64,000 nt of DNA from Squalus acanthias (GCA_030390025.1 CM059433.1:4340001-4404000), one strand, 5' to 3'; positions 48,369 through 61,744 are shown, counted from the stretch's first letter. Made by a program: numbers and translations. The notes: generated by a model not told the origin, from the letters alone.

Positions 48369-49739
48369 TTAAATGTCTAATTATGTACATGGATTAGAAA
48401 GCATATCCACTTCATGAAGATAACCTTTAACAGACTCATTCCAATAGTAAAGAATGGGGGGGGTGGAATTGATAAATGTGCTCCACCTTCAGTCTAACAA
48501 CAAGTCCCAGAGCAGCAACAATATATGTGCAGAAAATGCGCTTATTGTAGTTCACTCTATAAACTGTGAATTCTTATTTCATGCAGCAAATTCTGTTTTT
48601 TATTCTAACTTTGCCTTATTTATTGGGTTGAGATTCAATAAGTTTATTTCCATAAACACAGAAGAGTAGGAATATAATTCATCGGAACACCTACTCTTTG
48701 ATAGACGAAGCCCAACTTCGCCTTTTCATCAAATCCCTTCTCTCTCCAGAAACATACCTAGTCATCTCTTGAATATTTATTAAAATAATTATTTTACATT
48801 TATCCACACTGAACGAACCTGCCATCTATTAATGGTGATGATAAATTTGGGTCATTTCCATCCGCAACAGTTGGGACTGTGAAGTAATGCAGGTTTTATC
48901 ATCGTACCACACAAACACATGGTATGAAGATGATGGCTCATGGGAACGCTGGGATTTGCAAAAATAATTGAATCCCTGCCTTCAATTCCTGTATTTAATC
49001 CAAAACAACGGTGGTAATGCTGCAAGTCAGATTTGATGTAGTGTTACCTTATCAATTATTAGATTTAATAAATGACATGGCATCACTCTTGCTTTATGTT
49101 CACCCATATCTGCAATACATTAGATCTTAAATCTAAAGTCTTGGTGTAATAAAATTGTTGAACCTTTTATTTCCCAGTTGGTTTACTAAGAATACTGTTG
49201 GAGCATAATGAAGACACTCGCTACGTATTAAGTTTCCAACTATCAAGCTGTGAAACAAAATTTCCCATCACTTCAGGTTTGTGAGATAAATTTGCTGTTT
49301 AGCTTCACGCTCACTAAATATTTCTAACCTGTGGATCTCTTTCTGAAACAAAAAAACAATTCCAGCTAATGACACGAAGTCTCCTGGAAAGCAGCGGCAT
49401 CGCCGTGGTGCAAGAGTGGTGTTGGGTGTTGCTTTTTTGAGGATATTTGCGCATAACTGATTTATGCTGGTTTTATGCTGAATCATTGCAACGACGAATT
49501 TCCTCGATAGTTTGCACAGGTTCCAACACAAGTCTGTCGAAACCGTCTGCCGCTCATTTACGTAGCTCCGATGCAAAAGACCAACACGTGCGAATTTCCT
49601 GGATTGATGCGCTGCCGAGATTTAGGAGCAGAGAGGTGTCCACGTCACTTGATACCAGTGTAAACTCAGACGCTAGCAATTTCCTTTTGATTTTTTTTCT
49701 TTAATTTTTTTTCCTCACTACGCTAAACTTGACCCAAAG

Positions 49740-52028
49740 TGCAGTTAGTCTGGGAGCACCTGAAATTTTCAGGCCCACATCTCCCACGCATTCCGAATGA
49801 CTGTAATGACCTTCCAATGGGCATACCGCCCGTTCTGCACAATAATGGTAGAGAAGAGGAGCAGAAGAAGCAAGAGGCCCCGAGAGTGAGGCACCACGGG
49901 AGAAGGCAGCAGCCCACTCACCAATACCCCTATTGGTGGCACTACACCAATCCACACACAGCAGTAAAATGTGTGATCAACAGCGGTCTGTGGAATCTGC
50001 TTCATTATTAGGAATGAGCAGGACTCTGTTTAAAATGATTAACTTTGTCATTATATTGGTCGATTCCTCATTTGCGTTGATTTTTCATTTATTTCGTTGT
50101 GCTGATACCACCAGGAAATCCGTTTCGGCAGATTACCGGGTTCAGTGCAAGGGAGCCAAGGCATCGAAAGAGGACAAATGCACACCCAGCCCAGTCAACC
50201 CTGCAAAGACCTCCTCGTTAACATCTGGGACTGGTGTCAAAGTTGAGAGAGCTGTCCCACAGACGAATCAAGCAACAGCTCGGCACAGTCACACTCACAG
50301 AATCAACCAACCTCCGAAGCACCTCCCCATTTCCATCCTTGGGTATGTCCTGTCCCACCGGCAGGAGCCAAAGGTGGGCGCACAAGTGGTATATAGTCGG
50401 GTGGGAGTGGGCCACGAGAGTCCTCAACATTCGGAGCCCATGAAGTCTCATGGCTTCAGGTCAAACATGGGCAAGGAAGCTGCTGCTGCCTACCGCCCTC
50501 CCTCAGTTGATAAATCAGTACTCCTCCACGTTGAGCACTTGGAGGGAGCTCTGAGGATGGCAGAATATAGAGTGCAAAAGACGAGGCTGAAGTGTTCGCA
50601 ACCACCTCAGCCAGAAGTGCCGAGTGGATGATCCTTCTCGGCCTCCTCCCGAGGTCCTCACCATCACAGATGCCAGTCTTCGGCTAATTTGATTCACTCA
50701 GCGGGATATTAAGGAATGACGAAGTGCACTAGACACAGTAAAGGCTAAAGGCCCCGACAATATCCTGGCTGCAGAGCTGAAGCCTGGTGCTCCAGAACTA
50801 TATGCGCCTTTAGCCTAGCTGTTCCAGTACAGCTACAACAGTAACATCTACCTGACAACATGGAAACTTTTCCATGTATGTCCTTGTCCACAAAAAGCAG
50901 GACAGTTTCAGCCCGGCCAATTACCGTCCAAATAGCCTACACTCGATCATCAGCAAAGTAATGGAAGGTGTCGTCGACAGTGCTACCAAGTGGCACTTAC
51001 TCACCAATAGCCTGCTCACCGATGCTCAGTTTGGGTTCCGCCAGGACCACTCGGCTCCAGACCTCATTACAGCCTTGGTCCAAACATGGACAAAAGAGCT
51101 GAATTCCAGCGGTGAGCAAGAGTGACTGCTCTTGACATCAAGACAGCATTTGACCAAGTGTGGCATCAAGGAGCCCCAGTAAAACTGAAGTTAATGGTGA
51201 TCAGTGGAAAAAAAACTCTCCACTGGCTGGAGTCAAACCTGGGACAAAGGAAGATGGTTGGGTTTGTTGGAGGTCAATCATCTCCTCCTCAAGACATCGC
51301 TGCAGGAGTTCCTCAGGGCAGTGTCCGAGGCCCAACTATCGTCAGCTGCTTCATCAATGACCTTCCCTCCATCATAAGGTCAGAAATGGGGATGTTCGCT
51401 GATGATTGCACAGTGTTCAGTGCCATTCGCAACTCCTCAGATAACGAAGCAGTCCATGCCCACATGCAGCAAGACCTGGGCTGGGGCTGATAAGTGGCAA
51501 GTAACATTCGCGCCACATAAGTGCCAGGCAATGACCATCTCCAACAAGAGAGAGTCTAACCACCGCCCCTTGACATTCAATGGCATTACCATCATCAAAT
51601 CCCCGACCATTCTGTGGTAAGCAGCTCACCTCCTTAAACATTCACTCCCTCCACCACTAGCACACCGTGGCTGCAGTGTGTACCATGTACAAGATGTACT
51701 GCAGCAACTCGCCAAGGCTTCTTCGACAGCACCTCCCAAACCCACGACCTTTAAGGGCAGCAGGCGCATGGGAACACCACCACCTCCAAGTTCCCCTCCA
51801 AGTCACACACCATCCTGACTTGGAAGTATATCGGCTGTTACTTCATCGTCGCTGGGTCAAAATCCTGGAACTCCCTCCCTAACAGCACTCTGGGAGCACC
51901 TTCACCACACGGACTGCAGCGGTTCAAGAAGGCGGCTCACCACCACCTTCTCAAGGGCAATTAGAGATGGGCAATAAATGCTGGCCTTGCCAGCGACGCC
52001 CACATCCCATAAACGAATAAGAAAAAAT
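49740..52028 (+). mobile_element. HER1-type LINE, long degenerate copy with internal deletions (5' region, APE, RT, 3' tail)
   Basis: GYVLSHRQ, YRPPSVDKSVLLHVEHLE, PANYRP, ALDIKTAFDQVWHQG, GVPQGSV, MFADDCT, then the HER1 tail. 5' boundary approximate. Confidence 0.8.
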
Positions 52029-53299
52029 CAAGTGGTGTCAAGCTTGGATGTTGCCATACTTTGATAGCACAGCCAAGATCAGGAACTCTAACTTCATTTT
52101 ATAATGTTCAACATCAAAAACATACAGAAAATAAGTTTTCACAGTGTAAGGATGCTACTATACTATCATTTTTACATCAACAAAAAATATCTGGGGAGCA
52201 ATAAAACAGCTAACCTGACTCCCTAGCAGTTTGGTTCTAGAAGTGAAACCACCTACTTGGTCGGTACCAAGTCACTTTATTCAGGTGCTTCAATGGACAG
52301 CCTGAACACTTCAGAAACTTAAGCAGAGCCGTCTTAAAGTTAGAAGTAGGTGAACATCCCCACTTGCATGCTGAAAACATTAGAAAGTTGTTGCCCATGG
52401 AATGAGGAGCTCTGTGAAGAGCTCAGTCCTGGCAGTGCTCAGTGCCGAGCCCCAGCAACACACTGCCCTTCAGTAGAACTTGTCCGAGGGCACCCATCGC
52501 ACGCTGCACCTACTGGCCGCCCGAGAGCAGTCGCTGTACGCAAGCAGCAGCATTACATCTATATTTTAATGGTTACTAAAGGCATTCAGTGCTCAGATGA
52601 TTAAACAGCTCCAAGGCAAATATTTTATTTGAATACCACAAGGTTGCACAACACACAATCCAGTCAGTAACACCACCCAGAACTAAGAACTCAAATTATA
52701 CATTTCATTTCCGTCAAGAAGAAACACAGTATTTGGTGAAATATCTACCCAGCCTTTGGAGGTACAGAGAGGAGGAACTTTTGTGTATGTTGGCTGTTAG
52801 TTTCTACAGACTGACAGAATAAAGTGAATGTGACCAGAATATAAAAATCAGTGCAGGCACACAGTGTCATTTCCAATGTAAAATTACAGTATAGTAATGA
52901 CCAGAAACCTCATGTGGAACTGATGATTAACTCACCCCCAAATCACTGAGACTTTCTAAACTTAAATGGAATTTGGCATCGAATAATTTAAGAAAGTCAA
53001 ATCTACATAGTTGTTTTTAAGACCTTGGAATTATAGTATTCACTTTAAAATTCTCCCAGTTAAAAAATAAATAAACCAAAACAGCAACAATTGAACTAGG
53101 GGGAATGACGAATGCACAGTACACTTTAGAATTGGATTTTAAGATATGACCAATATGTCTATGAGAGAACACACACACACACCAAAACTTCTTTAGGTTA
53201 ATTAAAAAAAAGGTTAAAATCAATCAAACTGTATTATCGTGAATGGTTAATGTGTTAGCAGCGTCACGAAGGCATGCATGCCTGCGGGCGCTTGTATAC

Positions 53300-53407
53300 C
53301 TGAGCATAGATGGAAAAAGAGACGAAGGCTGTGGGCAAGAGCTAGACAAGCCTCCGGCAACGGTGACCAAAAGATGCGAAGTCAGACGCTCGCTTTCTAC
53401 AGGCAGA
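53300..53407 (-). CDS. LPIN1: Lipin-1beta-specific cassette exon (LPVESERLTSHLLVTVAGGLSSSCPQPSSLFPSML)
   Basis: 108 nt, symmetric phase 2/2, pyrimidine tract plus ctctag acceptor, AG|gtatac donor. GGLSSSCP..SSLF matches my recollection of the 36-aa human lipin-1beta insert. Confidence 0.85.
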
Positions 53408-53759
53408 CTAGAGTGTTGCAGCGCAGGAAGGAAAGCAGAATTATTTAAGATGCCTGGTTCTTGGTGAAATATCTGAACAGAAAGTGTACAAATGACAAGG
53501 ACAACAGCCGGCTGGGACATCCTCCCTGCGTTATACTTGCTGTACCGACAATTAAGGTTATTTAACCTGAACGCGTTTGAGCCGGGCCAACACAGGACTG
53601 TTTCCCATCTGAAAATGGAATGGTGCTTTAAGAAAATCGTAACTGATATAATTGACCCAAATATATTTTCAAAGTTGATAGTATTGGAGAATTAAATCTA
53701 ACACAGTATAGGATATCCCCATTTGATCCATTTATATATAACTTGGGATTAAAAACAAA

Positions 53760-53935
53760 ACAGATGGAGATAGACAGATATTTGAGCTACAGGGGAGTCG
53801 AGGGTTATGGGGAACAGGCAGGAAAGTGGAGTTGAGGCCAAGATCAGATCAGCCATGATCTTATTGAATGGCGGAGCAGGCTCGAGGGGCCAAATGGCCC
53901 ACTCCTGCTCCTATTTCTTATGGTCTTATGTTCTT
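53760..53935 (+). mobile_element. CR1 LINE 3' tail fragment
   Basis: Same tail as 6410 and 7398. Confidence 0.75.
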
Positions 53936-54194
53936 ATCTCACTCCATAAACAGAGCATGGAGGTGAAAAGTCTCATTAATACAATACAATCTAAAGAATT
54001 AACTGTCCTAAATACTGGCAAAACAAAAAGGAATTCACCCACACCCGCCCCCCACCAACCGTTAAAGCTTTTTCTTGCTGTTGTTCATCACAAGGATAGA
54101 GATCTAACAGAAAGTAGATAGAAAATAGCAGGTGCAATACCTATTAACACAGGAATGAGTCAGAGGCATTGCAAAGCTCACGAAGACCACGTAC

Positions 54195-54305
54195 CCGTGT
54201 CTGGATGAACATTCACTGTCTGAATGGGGATGCACTGAAGGTTGTATGAAGTTATCCGAGGTACTGGCCAGCAGTTGCTTGTCACTGTACATATGTGTCG
54301 AGCCC
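54195..54305 (-). CDS. LPIN1: Lipin-1 coding exon (most 5' exon found in window; low-conservation linker GSTHMYSDKQ...HPHSDSECSSRH)
   Basis: ctcttcag acceptor and gtacgt donor, 111 nt, phase 2/2. HPHSDSEC resembles YPNSDREW of the exon preceding the beta exon in mammalian lipin-1. In phase with the next exons. Confidence 0.8.
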
Positions 54306-55107
54306 CTGAAGAGGAAAAGCAATGCAGTCATTAGTGAGAAGCTTTCAAAGGCAGTTTGCGATTGTTCAAAGTGCGGTGGTGAATAATGACATTGCCCGGA
54401 ATCCCACTTGGGTACAAAAGGACGTGGACAGCTTAGTCTTCCCATCGTTATTTTCCAATTGGGCTGGAGCATCACAATTTTCCACCAATTACATGAAATG
54501 AAAGCTGGAGCCAAAAAACACCAGAACTTGAAGAGCTGATCTGCGATGCAAAACTTTCCACACACGGCGACAAGTGACATTGTAACGAGATAGAAGTGAA
54601 TACTGAATTTGTCTACCTCTTGGATTAGATGTTACAAAACCTCATTTCGGACAGCTTTGTGATGCAAATCTCGGAAAACTAATTATGCGTTGCAAGTACC
54701 TTCCATTGGTGAAATATAAACCAGATTATTCCAGAATTGTCAAAATATAACATACCACAGCAACAAAGTTAACGCTTTAAGAAAAGACAATTTTACTACA
54801 TTTTCACACCCTTGCGTGCATGGATTGTGTAATTGATGAGAATGTTATATTTATATTTCAGTGAAGATCACCTGCCCAGCTCATGAGTTTTAATTACAAC
54901 TTGTTCTTCCCACATCTTAATATATATGTGACTGTATATCGGGGTACAGAGAGTGCAACAGTGCTACTATACATAGTGAGACAGAATGGGCAAGAAAGTT
55001 ACAAATTCTAGCACAGCTTGTAAAAGGGCAGCAGTGAAAGTATTAGCATATATTAAAGGCAAGAATTCCAAGCCATGATATTTTAGTGAAAGGAAACACA
55101 ACTCAGT

Positions 55108-56950
55108 CATAGAGTCATAACGGCACAGAAGGAGGCCATTCGGCCCATCGAGTCCGTGCCGGCTCTCTGTAGAGCAATCCAGTCAGTCCCATTCCCCCGC
55201 TCTATCCCTGTAGCCCTGCAAGTTTAATTCCCTCAATTGCCTATGTTGGCCTTCATAGCGAGAGGATTCAAGTACAGAAGCAAGGATGTCTTGCTGCAGT
55301 TGTACAAGGCCTTGGTGAGACCACACCTTGAGTATTGTGTGCAGTTTTGGTCGCCTTATCTGAGGAAGGATGTTCTTGCCATGGAGGGAGTGCAGCGAAG
55401 ATTCACCAGACTGATACCTGGGATGGCAGGAATGACGTATGAAGAGAGATTGGGACGATTGGGCTTGTATTCGCTAGAGTTTAGAAGAATGAGAGGGGAT
55501 CTCATTGAAACTTATAAAATTCTAACAGGACTAGACAGACTAGATGCAGGAAGAATGTTCCTGATGGCGGGGGAGTCCAGAACCAGGGGTCACAGTCTAA
55601 GGATAAGGGGTAAGCTATTTAGGACTGAGATGAGGAGGAATTTCTTCACCCAGAGAGTGGTGAACCTGTGGAATTCTCTACCACAGAAGGCAGTTGAAGC
55701 CAATTCATTAAATATATTCAAGAATGAGTTAGATATATTTCTTAAGGCTAAAGGGATCAAGGGATATGGGGAGAAAGCAGGTACAGGATACTGAATTTGG
55801 ATGATCAGCCATGATCTCATTAAATGGCGGAGCAGGCTCGAGGGGCCGAATGGCCTACTCCTGCTCCTATCTTCTATGCTATGCTCCCCTTGAAAACATT
55901 GAGTGTCTCCGCTTCCACCACTTCCGTCGGCAGCGAGTTCCACTCGCTGCGTAAAAAAGTTTTTCTCACATCCCCCCTGTATCTCTTGCCCAAAACCTTA
56001 AATCTGTCTCCCCTAGTCCTTGTACCATCAACTAGTGGGAACAGCCTTTCCCCGTCTAGCCTATCCAAACCCGTCATAATCTTGTACACCTCTATCAAAT
56101 CACCCCTCAACCTCCTTTGCTCTAATGAAAACAAATCCAGCTTCTCCAACCTGTCCTTGTAGCTAAGATCCCCCATCCCCAGAACCATTCTGGTAAATCT
56201 CCTCTGCACCCTCTCAAGGGCCTTCACATCCTTCCTAAAGTGTGGTGACCAGAACTGGACGCAATACTCCAGTTGTGGCCTAACCAGCGCTTTATAAAGA
56301 TTCAGCATAACTTCTCTACTTTTGTACTCAATACCTCGATTTATGAAGCCCAAGATTCCATATGCTTTGTTAACCACTCTCTCAATATGTCCTGCCACCT
56401 TCAGGGACCTATGCACATTAACTCCCAGGTCCCTCTGTCCCTGCACACTCTTTAAAACTGTGCCATTAAATGTATATTCCCTCTCCCTGTTCCTTCTGCC
56501 AAAATGCATCACCTCACACTTCTCTGTATTAAATTCCATTCTGCTAGCCTTTCTATGTCCTGTTGCAGTCGATTGGTATCATCAACACTGTTTGCCACAT
56601 CCCCAAGTTTGGTGTCATCGGCAAATTTAGAAATTCTACTCTGTATTCCAATATCCGGGTCATTTATATATATCAAAAAAGCAGTGGCCCCAGCACTGAC
56701 CCTTGGGGAACACCACTGTCTACCATCCTCCAGTCTGAAAAACAGCCATTTACCACAACGCGCTGTTTTCTGTCCTTAAGCCAATTCCTTATCCAAGCTG
56801 CCACTGACCCACCTATTCCATGAGCCTCAATTTTGTTAACCAGCCTTCTATGTGGTACTTTGTCAAACACCTTCCAAAAATCCATGAAGACAACATCCAT
56901 TGCATTCCCTTCATCAATCCTCTCTGTTACTTCATCAAAAAATTCAATTC
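55108..56950 (-). mobile_element. CR1 LINE (second subfamily) interrupted by a nested younger CR1
   Basis: ORFs 55874..56539 and 56673..56900 ([38 protein letters not shown]). Its 3' tail continues at 55108-55240. Confidence 0.88.
55243..55878 (+). mobile_element. Young CR1 3' fragment nested in opposite orientation
   Basis: ORF 55237..55794 is near-identical to the 24638 and 27497 copies. Confidence 0.9.
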
Positions 56951-57152
56951 GATCAACTTATTCAATTAATTAAAAGGATGTAACAGAATTGGTGAGTGGT
57001 GGTCGCGTGCCGGATGTTATGGTTGTGATTTTGATTTTCACTTCAAAATACTTTCCCTCAGGTTCAGTGACTGAGCCAACCCCCTTAGGTGAGCCCTTGC
57101 TCCCCAGGGACTGGAATATGCCTTTCTCTGCCCAGTATCTGGGTAATATAGT

Positions 57153-57634
57153 GTCCGCTGTGGCTCAGTGGGTAGCCCACTCGCCTCTGAGTCAGAAGGT
57201 TGTGGGTTCAAGTCCCACTCCAGGGACTCGAGCACATAAAGCTAGGCTGACACTCCCACTGCAGTGCTGAGGGAGTGCTGCACTGTCGGAGGTGCCATCT
57301 TTCGGATGAGACGTTAAAACCGAGGCCCAATCTGCTCTCTCAGGTGGATGTAAAAGACCCTGCGGCACTATTCCGAGAAGAGCAGGAGAGTTATCCCCGG
57401 TGTCTTGGGGCAATATTTATCCCTCAACCAATGTTGATTGATGGATAAATATTGGCCAGGACACCGGGGATAACTCCCCTGCTCTTCTTCGAAATAGTGA
57501 CCATGGGATCTTTTACATCCACCTGAGAGAGCAGACGGGGCCTCGGTTTAATGTGTCATCCGAAAGACGGCACCTCCGACAGTGCAGCCCTCCCTCAGCA
57601 CTGCACTGGAGTGTCAGCCTAGATTGATGTGCTC
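57153..57634. mobile_element. Two truncated SacSINE1/DeuSINE copies joined tail-to-tail (57153-57432 +, 57433-57634 -)
   Basis: Both halves match the 41687 SINE and form a ~200-bp imperfect inverted repeat. Confidence 0.85.
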
Positions 57635-58000
57635 AAAAAAGTAGTTAATATGCCAATATCAATGGAATAGAGAGTCCAGATGTAACTCTGTGGAATAGTG
57701 CCCATCATAGGTGGCTGGACAGCATGTTAATAACCAGTCACTGCAGATCATAGCAAGAGAATTGGGATAAGCATCCTACGTGATTGACATACTCGGGGTC
57801 CCCTGGGGTAATGGTTTTGATTGACAACTGTGCAGGGAGTAGGTCCAATGATTTTCTGCAATTTCTTTGATGAGTAGCTCTGTAGGAAGGAACTTCAAAC
57901 TGTGGGTTTATATTTGGCTGCATGAGCTCAGTGGAAGCTAAGCGAGACACTGAGCTAGGTCTGACCCCATGGTCGTCTTTAATCACACAAGGCAAATATT

Positions 58001-58428
58001 TCTTTTTAATTTATTCTCAGGATGTGGGCATCACTGGCAAGGCCAGCATTTATTGCCCAGCTCTAGCTGCCCCGAGACGGTGATGGTGGGCCGCCTGCTT
58101 GAACCGCTGCAGTCCGTGGGATATTCTTCGCAGCGGTTTGCTGGGCCACTTCAGAAGACAGTTACGAGTCAATCACGTTGGTGTGGGACTGGAGTCACAT
58201 ATAGGCCAGACTAGGTAAGGATGGCAGGGTTCCTTCCCTAAGGGACAGTGAACCAGTTGGGTTTTTACAACAATCTGACAGTTCCACGGTCACTTTTACT
58301 GATACCAGCTTTTTATTTCCAGATTTATTTATTTTTTAAAAACTGAATTTAAATTCTCAAACCGTCATGGTGAGATTTGAACTCATGTTCTCTGGATTAA
58401 CTAGTCCAGTAACATAATCACACTACAA
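58001..58428 (-). mobile_element. HE1/V-SINE-like SINE with HER1-type 3' tail
   Basis: Minus strand: tRNA-like head (gagttcaaatctcacc), V-domain-like ccttacctagtctggcctatatgtgactccagtcccacacc, tail shared with the HER1-type LINE copies. Confidence 0.7.
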
Positions 58429-58629
58429 TGTGTTTCAAAGATCAATGTTATATTGAGACAAAGTGCAGGTGAAGCACTTTGTTTTGGTACTTCATGGAGA
58501 AAAATAAAGATTATAACTACGGTAAATATACTGTTTTGTACCGAGTACTGTTCAGTTAGTTGTTTAGTGTTAAATAAATTTAACTGTTAGTTTATAACCT
58601 GAGCTTTGGTCCAATAGTGTAGATTCTAA

Positions 58630-59945
58630 TATAGTTGAATATTTTCTGAGGAGGTCACTGTCATTATGGTTATGGGAGTATCTATGGGTGTCATCTATAT
58701 GGCCTTTCAGAAGAGCTTATTGAAACTGAAAGCGCGTAGAATGGGAGGCAACCTTATGACACAGGTCGGTAACTAGTTGGGAGGTAAAAGACAGAGAGTA
58801 GGGATAAAAGGAACATTCTCTGATTGGCGGGATTTCACAAGTGGTGCTCCCCGGGCATCTGTGCTGGGGCCTCAGCTTTTCACCATATATATTAACGACT
58901 TAAATGAAGGAATATGGAGTTGCATATCCATGTTTTCAGATGATACCAAGTTAGAAGGCACAGTAAGTTGTGTAGATAGGAGCAGGAAGTTACAATGGCA
59001 CAGATGGACAAAATGAGCAGGCAAAACCATGGCAGATTACAACAGGGACTCCACTTCAAAAATAATTCATTGGCTGTAAAGTGCTTTGAGACGTCCGGTG
59101 GTTGCGAAAGGTGCTATATAAATGCAAGTCTTTCTTTCAGATAGAGTTCAATGTGGGGAAGTGCGAGCTCATCCACTTTGGCTTCGACAAAGACAGTTTG
59201 GAAAATGTTCATAATGGTGGGGGGTGGGGGGCAGAGACTACAGGGATTTGGGTGTCCGTGTACATGTCACTAAAAGCCAGTGCACAGGTACAAAGCGTAA
59301 TCAAACGGCGAATGGCATGTTGTACTTTATCTGGAGGGGCTTGGAATTCAAAAATGAGGAAGTGATGCTTCAGTTCTACGGAGCCTTAATCTAACCCCAT
59401 CTGCAGCATTGTGTTCAGTTCTGGGCACTGCACCTCAGGAAGGATATATTGGCCTTGGAGGGGGTGCAGCGCAGATTCACCAGAATGATACCGGGTCTTA
59501 AAGGGTTAAAGTACGAGGACAGGTTGCATAAATTTGGTTTGCATTCCCTTGAGTTTAGAAGGTTATGAGGGGATCTCGTCGAGGCGTTTAACATGATAAA
59601 GGGATTTTATGGGGTAGATACAGAGAAACTATTTCTTTTGGTGGGGGGGGGGAATTCGAAACAAAGGGTCATAATCTTAAAATTAGAGCTCGACCAGTTA
59701 AGAGTAAAGTCGGAAGCACTTCTTTACACAAAGGGTCGTGGAAATCTAGAACTCTTTCCCCCAAAAGGCTGTGGATGCTAAGGCAATCAAAATTTTCAAG
59801 ACTCTGATCGATCGACTTCCATTAGGCAATTTTATCGAGGATTCTGGAGAAAAGGGAGGTGAGGTACAGAGCAGCCATGATCTAATAGAATGGTGGAACA
59901 GGCTCGAGGGGCTGAATGGTCTACCCTTATTCCCATGTTCCTATA
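58630..59945 (+). mobile_element. Old CR1 LINE with a SINE 3' tail inserted at ~59040-59138
   Basis: [36 protein letters not shown], and CR1 tail. Confidence 0.75.
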
Positions 59946-60009
59946 TTCATCTGCCTACTGGAGATGAGAAAGTCACATGATGGCATGAGATATTCCAGTG
60001 ATCCTGAAT

Positions 60010-61060
60010 ACAATTGCAAGGGTTTACTGTTCCCGCACCGTTACCTCTGGAGTCCCCAGGATCTATCCTTGGCCCCCTCCTATTTCTCATCTACATGCTG
60101 CCCCTCAGCGACATCATCCGAAAAACATCAGTTTCCACATGTACGCTGACGACAACCAGCTCTAACTCACTTCCACCTCTCTCGACCCCCCCTCCTCTGA
60201 CTGATTTGTCACACTGCTTGTCCAACATCCCGTATTGGATAAACAGAAATTTCTTCCAATTAAATATCAGTAAGACCAAAGCCATCGTCTTTGGTCCCCA
60301 CCACAAACTCCATCCCTCTACATGGCAACTGTATGAGGCTCAACCAGACTGTTCGCAACCTTGGTGCCATATTTAACCCCGAGCTCAGCTTCCGACCCCA
60401 TTTCCTCTCCATCACCAAGACCGCCTACTTCCACCACTGTAATATTGCCCATCGCCGCCCATCTTCTGCTGAAACGCTCATCCATACCTTTGTCACCTCG
60501 AGACTTGACTATTCCAATGCGCTCCTGTCCAGTCCCACCTTGCACGCTCCATAAACTTGAGTTCATCTAAAATCTGCTACCCGTGTCCTAACTCGCACCA
60601 AGTCCCAGTCACCCCTGTGCTCGCTGACCTACATTGGCCCACAGTCCGGCAACACCTCACTTTTAAAATTCTCATCCTTGTTTTCAAATCCCTCCATGGC
60701 CTCGCCCCTCCCCATCTCTGTAATCTCCTCCAGCACTACAGCCCTCCGAGATATCTACACTCCTCAAATTCTGGCCTCAAGTATCTCCGATTTTCTTCGC
60801 TCCACCATTTGCGGCCGTGCCTTCAGCTGCCTCGGCCCCAGGCTCTGGAATGCCCTCCCTAAACTTCTCCGTCTCTCTCTCCTCCTTTAAGATGCTCCTC
60901 AAAACCTACTTCTTTCACCAAACTTTCGATCCCCTGTCCCAATATCTCCTTATATGGCTCGGTGTCAAATTTTGTCTGATAACGCTCCTGTGACGCGCCT
61001 TGGGACGTATTATTACGTTAACGGCGCTATATAAATACAAGTTGTTGCTTGTTGTTGTTG
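60010..61060 (+). mobile_element. L2 LINE 3' fragment (older)
   Basis: GSILGPLLFLIYMLPL, catgtacgctgacgac (YADD), LHWP..FKSLHGLAP; gttgtt tail. Confidence 0.85.
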
Positions 61061-61173
61061 AATTCCTGGGTCTTGTTACATTTAGCTAGATATTGGGCAG
61101 GAAAAGAAAAACTCTGGCACATAGGAGCAGTGAATGCCACTAAAAAAGTGGTCATCCATGTTGAATCCAAGTA

Positions 61174-61435
61174 CAGTAAACTCTTGTTTAAACGGCACTT
61201 AATCATCCAGAATACTTTAATAACCGGCAAAATAGATAACCGGTAATCTTGCCGAATCCATCCAGCACTGGTTTTGCCGAGTCCGAGTCTCCCGCGGTGG
61301 CCGAGTTAGTCAGTGGTTTTTATTTTTGTTTGTGTTAAAAATTGCCTTGGTCGGTATACCTCTCTGTTATCCAGAATTTTTCATCAACCGGCACCATCCT
61401 GGTCCCATAGGTGCCAGATAAGAAAGAATTTACTG
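61174..61435. mobile_element. Tc1/mariner-superfamily (Tigger/pogo-like) MITE, 262 bp
   Basis: 25-bp imperfect TIR cagtaaactcttgtttaaacggcac / cagtaaattctttcttatctggcac with TA flanks on both sides. Confidence 0.75.
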
Positions 61436-61744
61436 TAGTACATCTGGTGTATAAACCAAAAGAAGTAATAGCCACGATGAATAATAAACACGCACTTTCT
61501 AGGCTCATATGAAAGATGTCCCTTTGGCAAGGTACAAGCAGATGAGCAGTATTTGTGGGACTATACCCCAATAGAATGTAATAGTTTTGGGAGGGAAGGG
61601 ACGATTTGAAGAGGACTTTTGAAACACATGGTGAGACTTTCTGGGACACTTTGTCAAAACTTCACCAACACTCGAGCAACATTTATTCTGGAAATTCTCT
61701 GAGGACTTCACCTAAAAAGAGTAAGTGTTGTGCTGCTCTACTTA

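Noticed and set aside
49933..50631. 232-aa ORF
   Set aside because: Mosaic of frames from a degenerate HER1-type LINE 5'/endonuclease region, not a host gene.
4731..54305. Assignment as LPIN2 or LPIN3
   Set aside because: [31 protein letters not shown], the HSSDFPCSDT C-terminus and the beta exon all point to lipin-1.
61505..61711. ORF after a good acceptor (ctttttag|GTG AAG) as a candidate upstream LPIN1 exon
   Set aside because: Open only in phase 0, with no convincing donor in phase with the 54305 exon and no lipin motif (no NLS or N-LIP).
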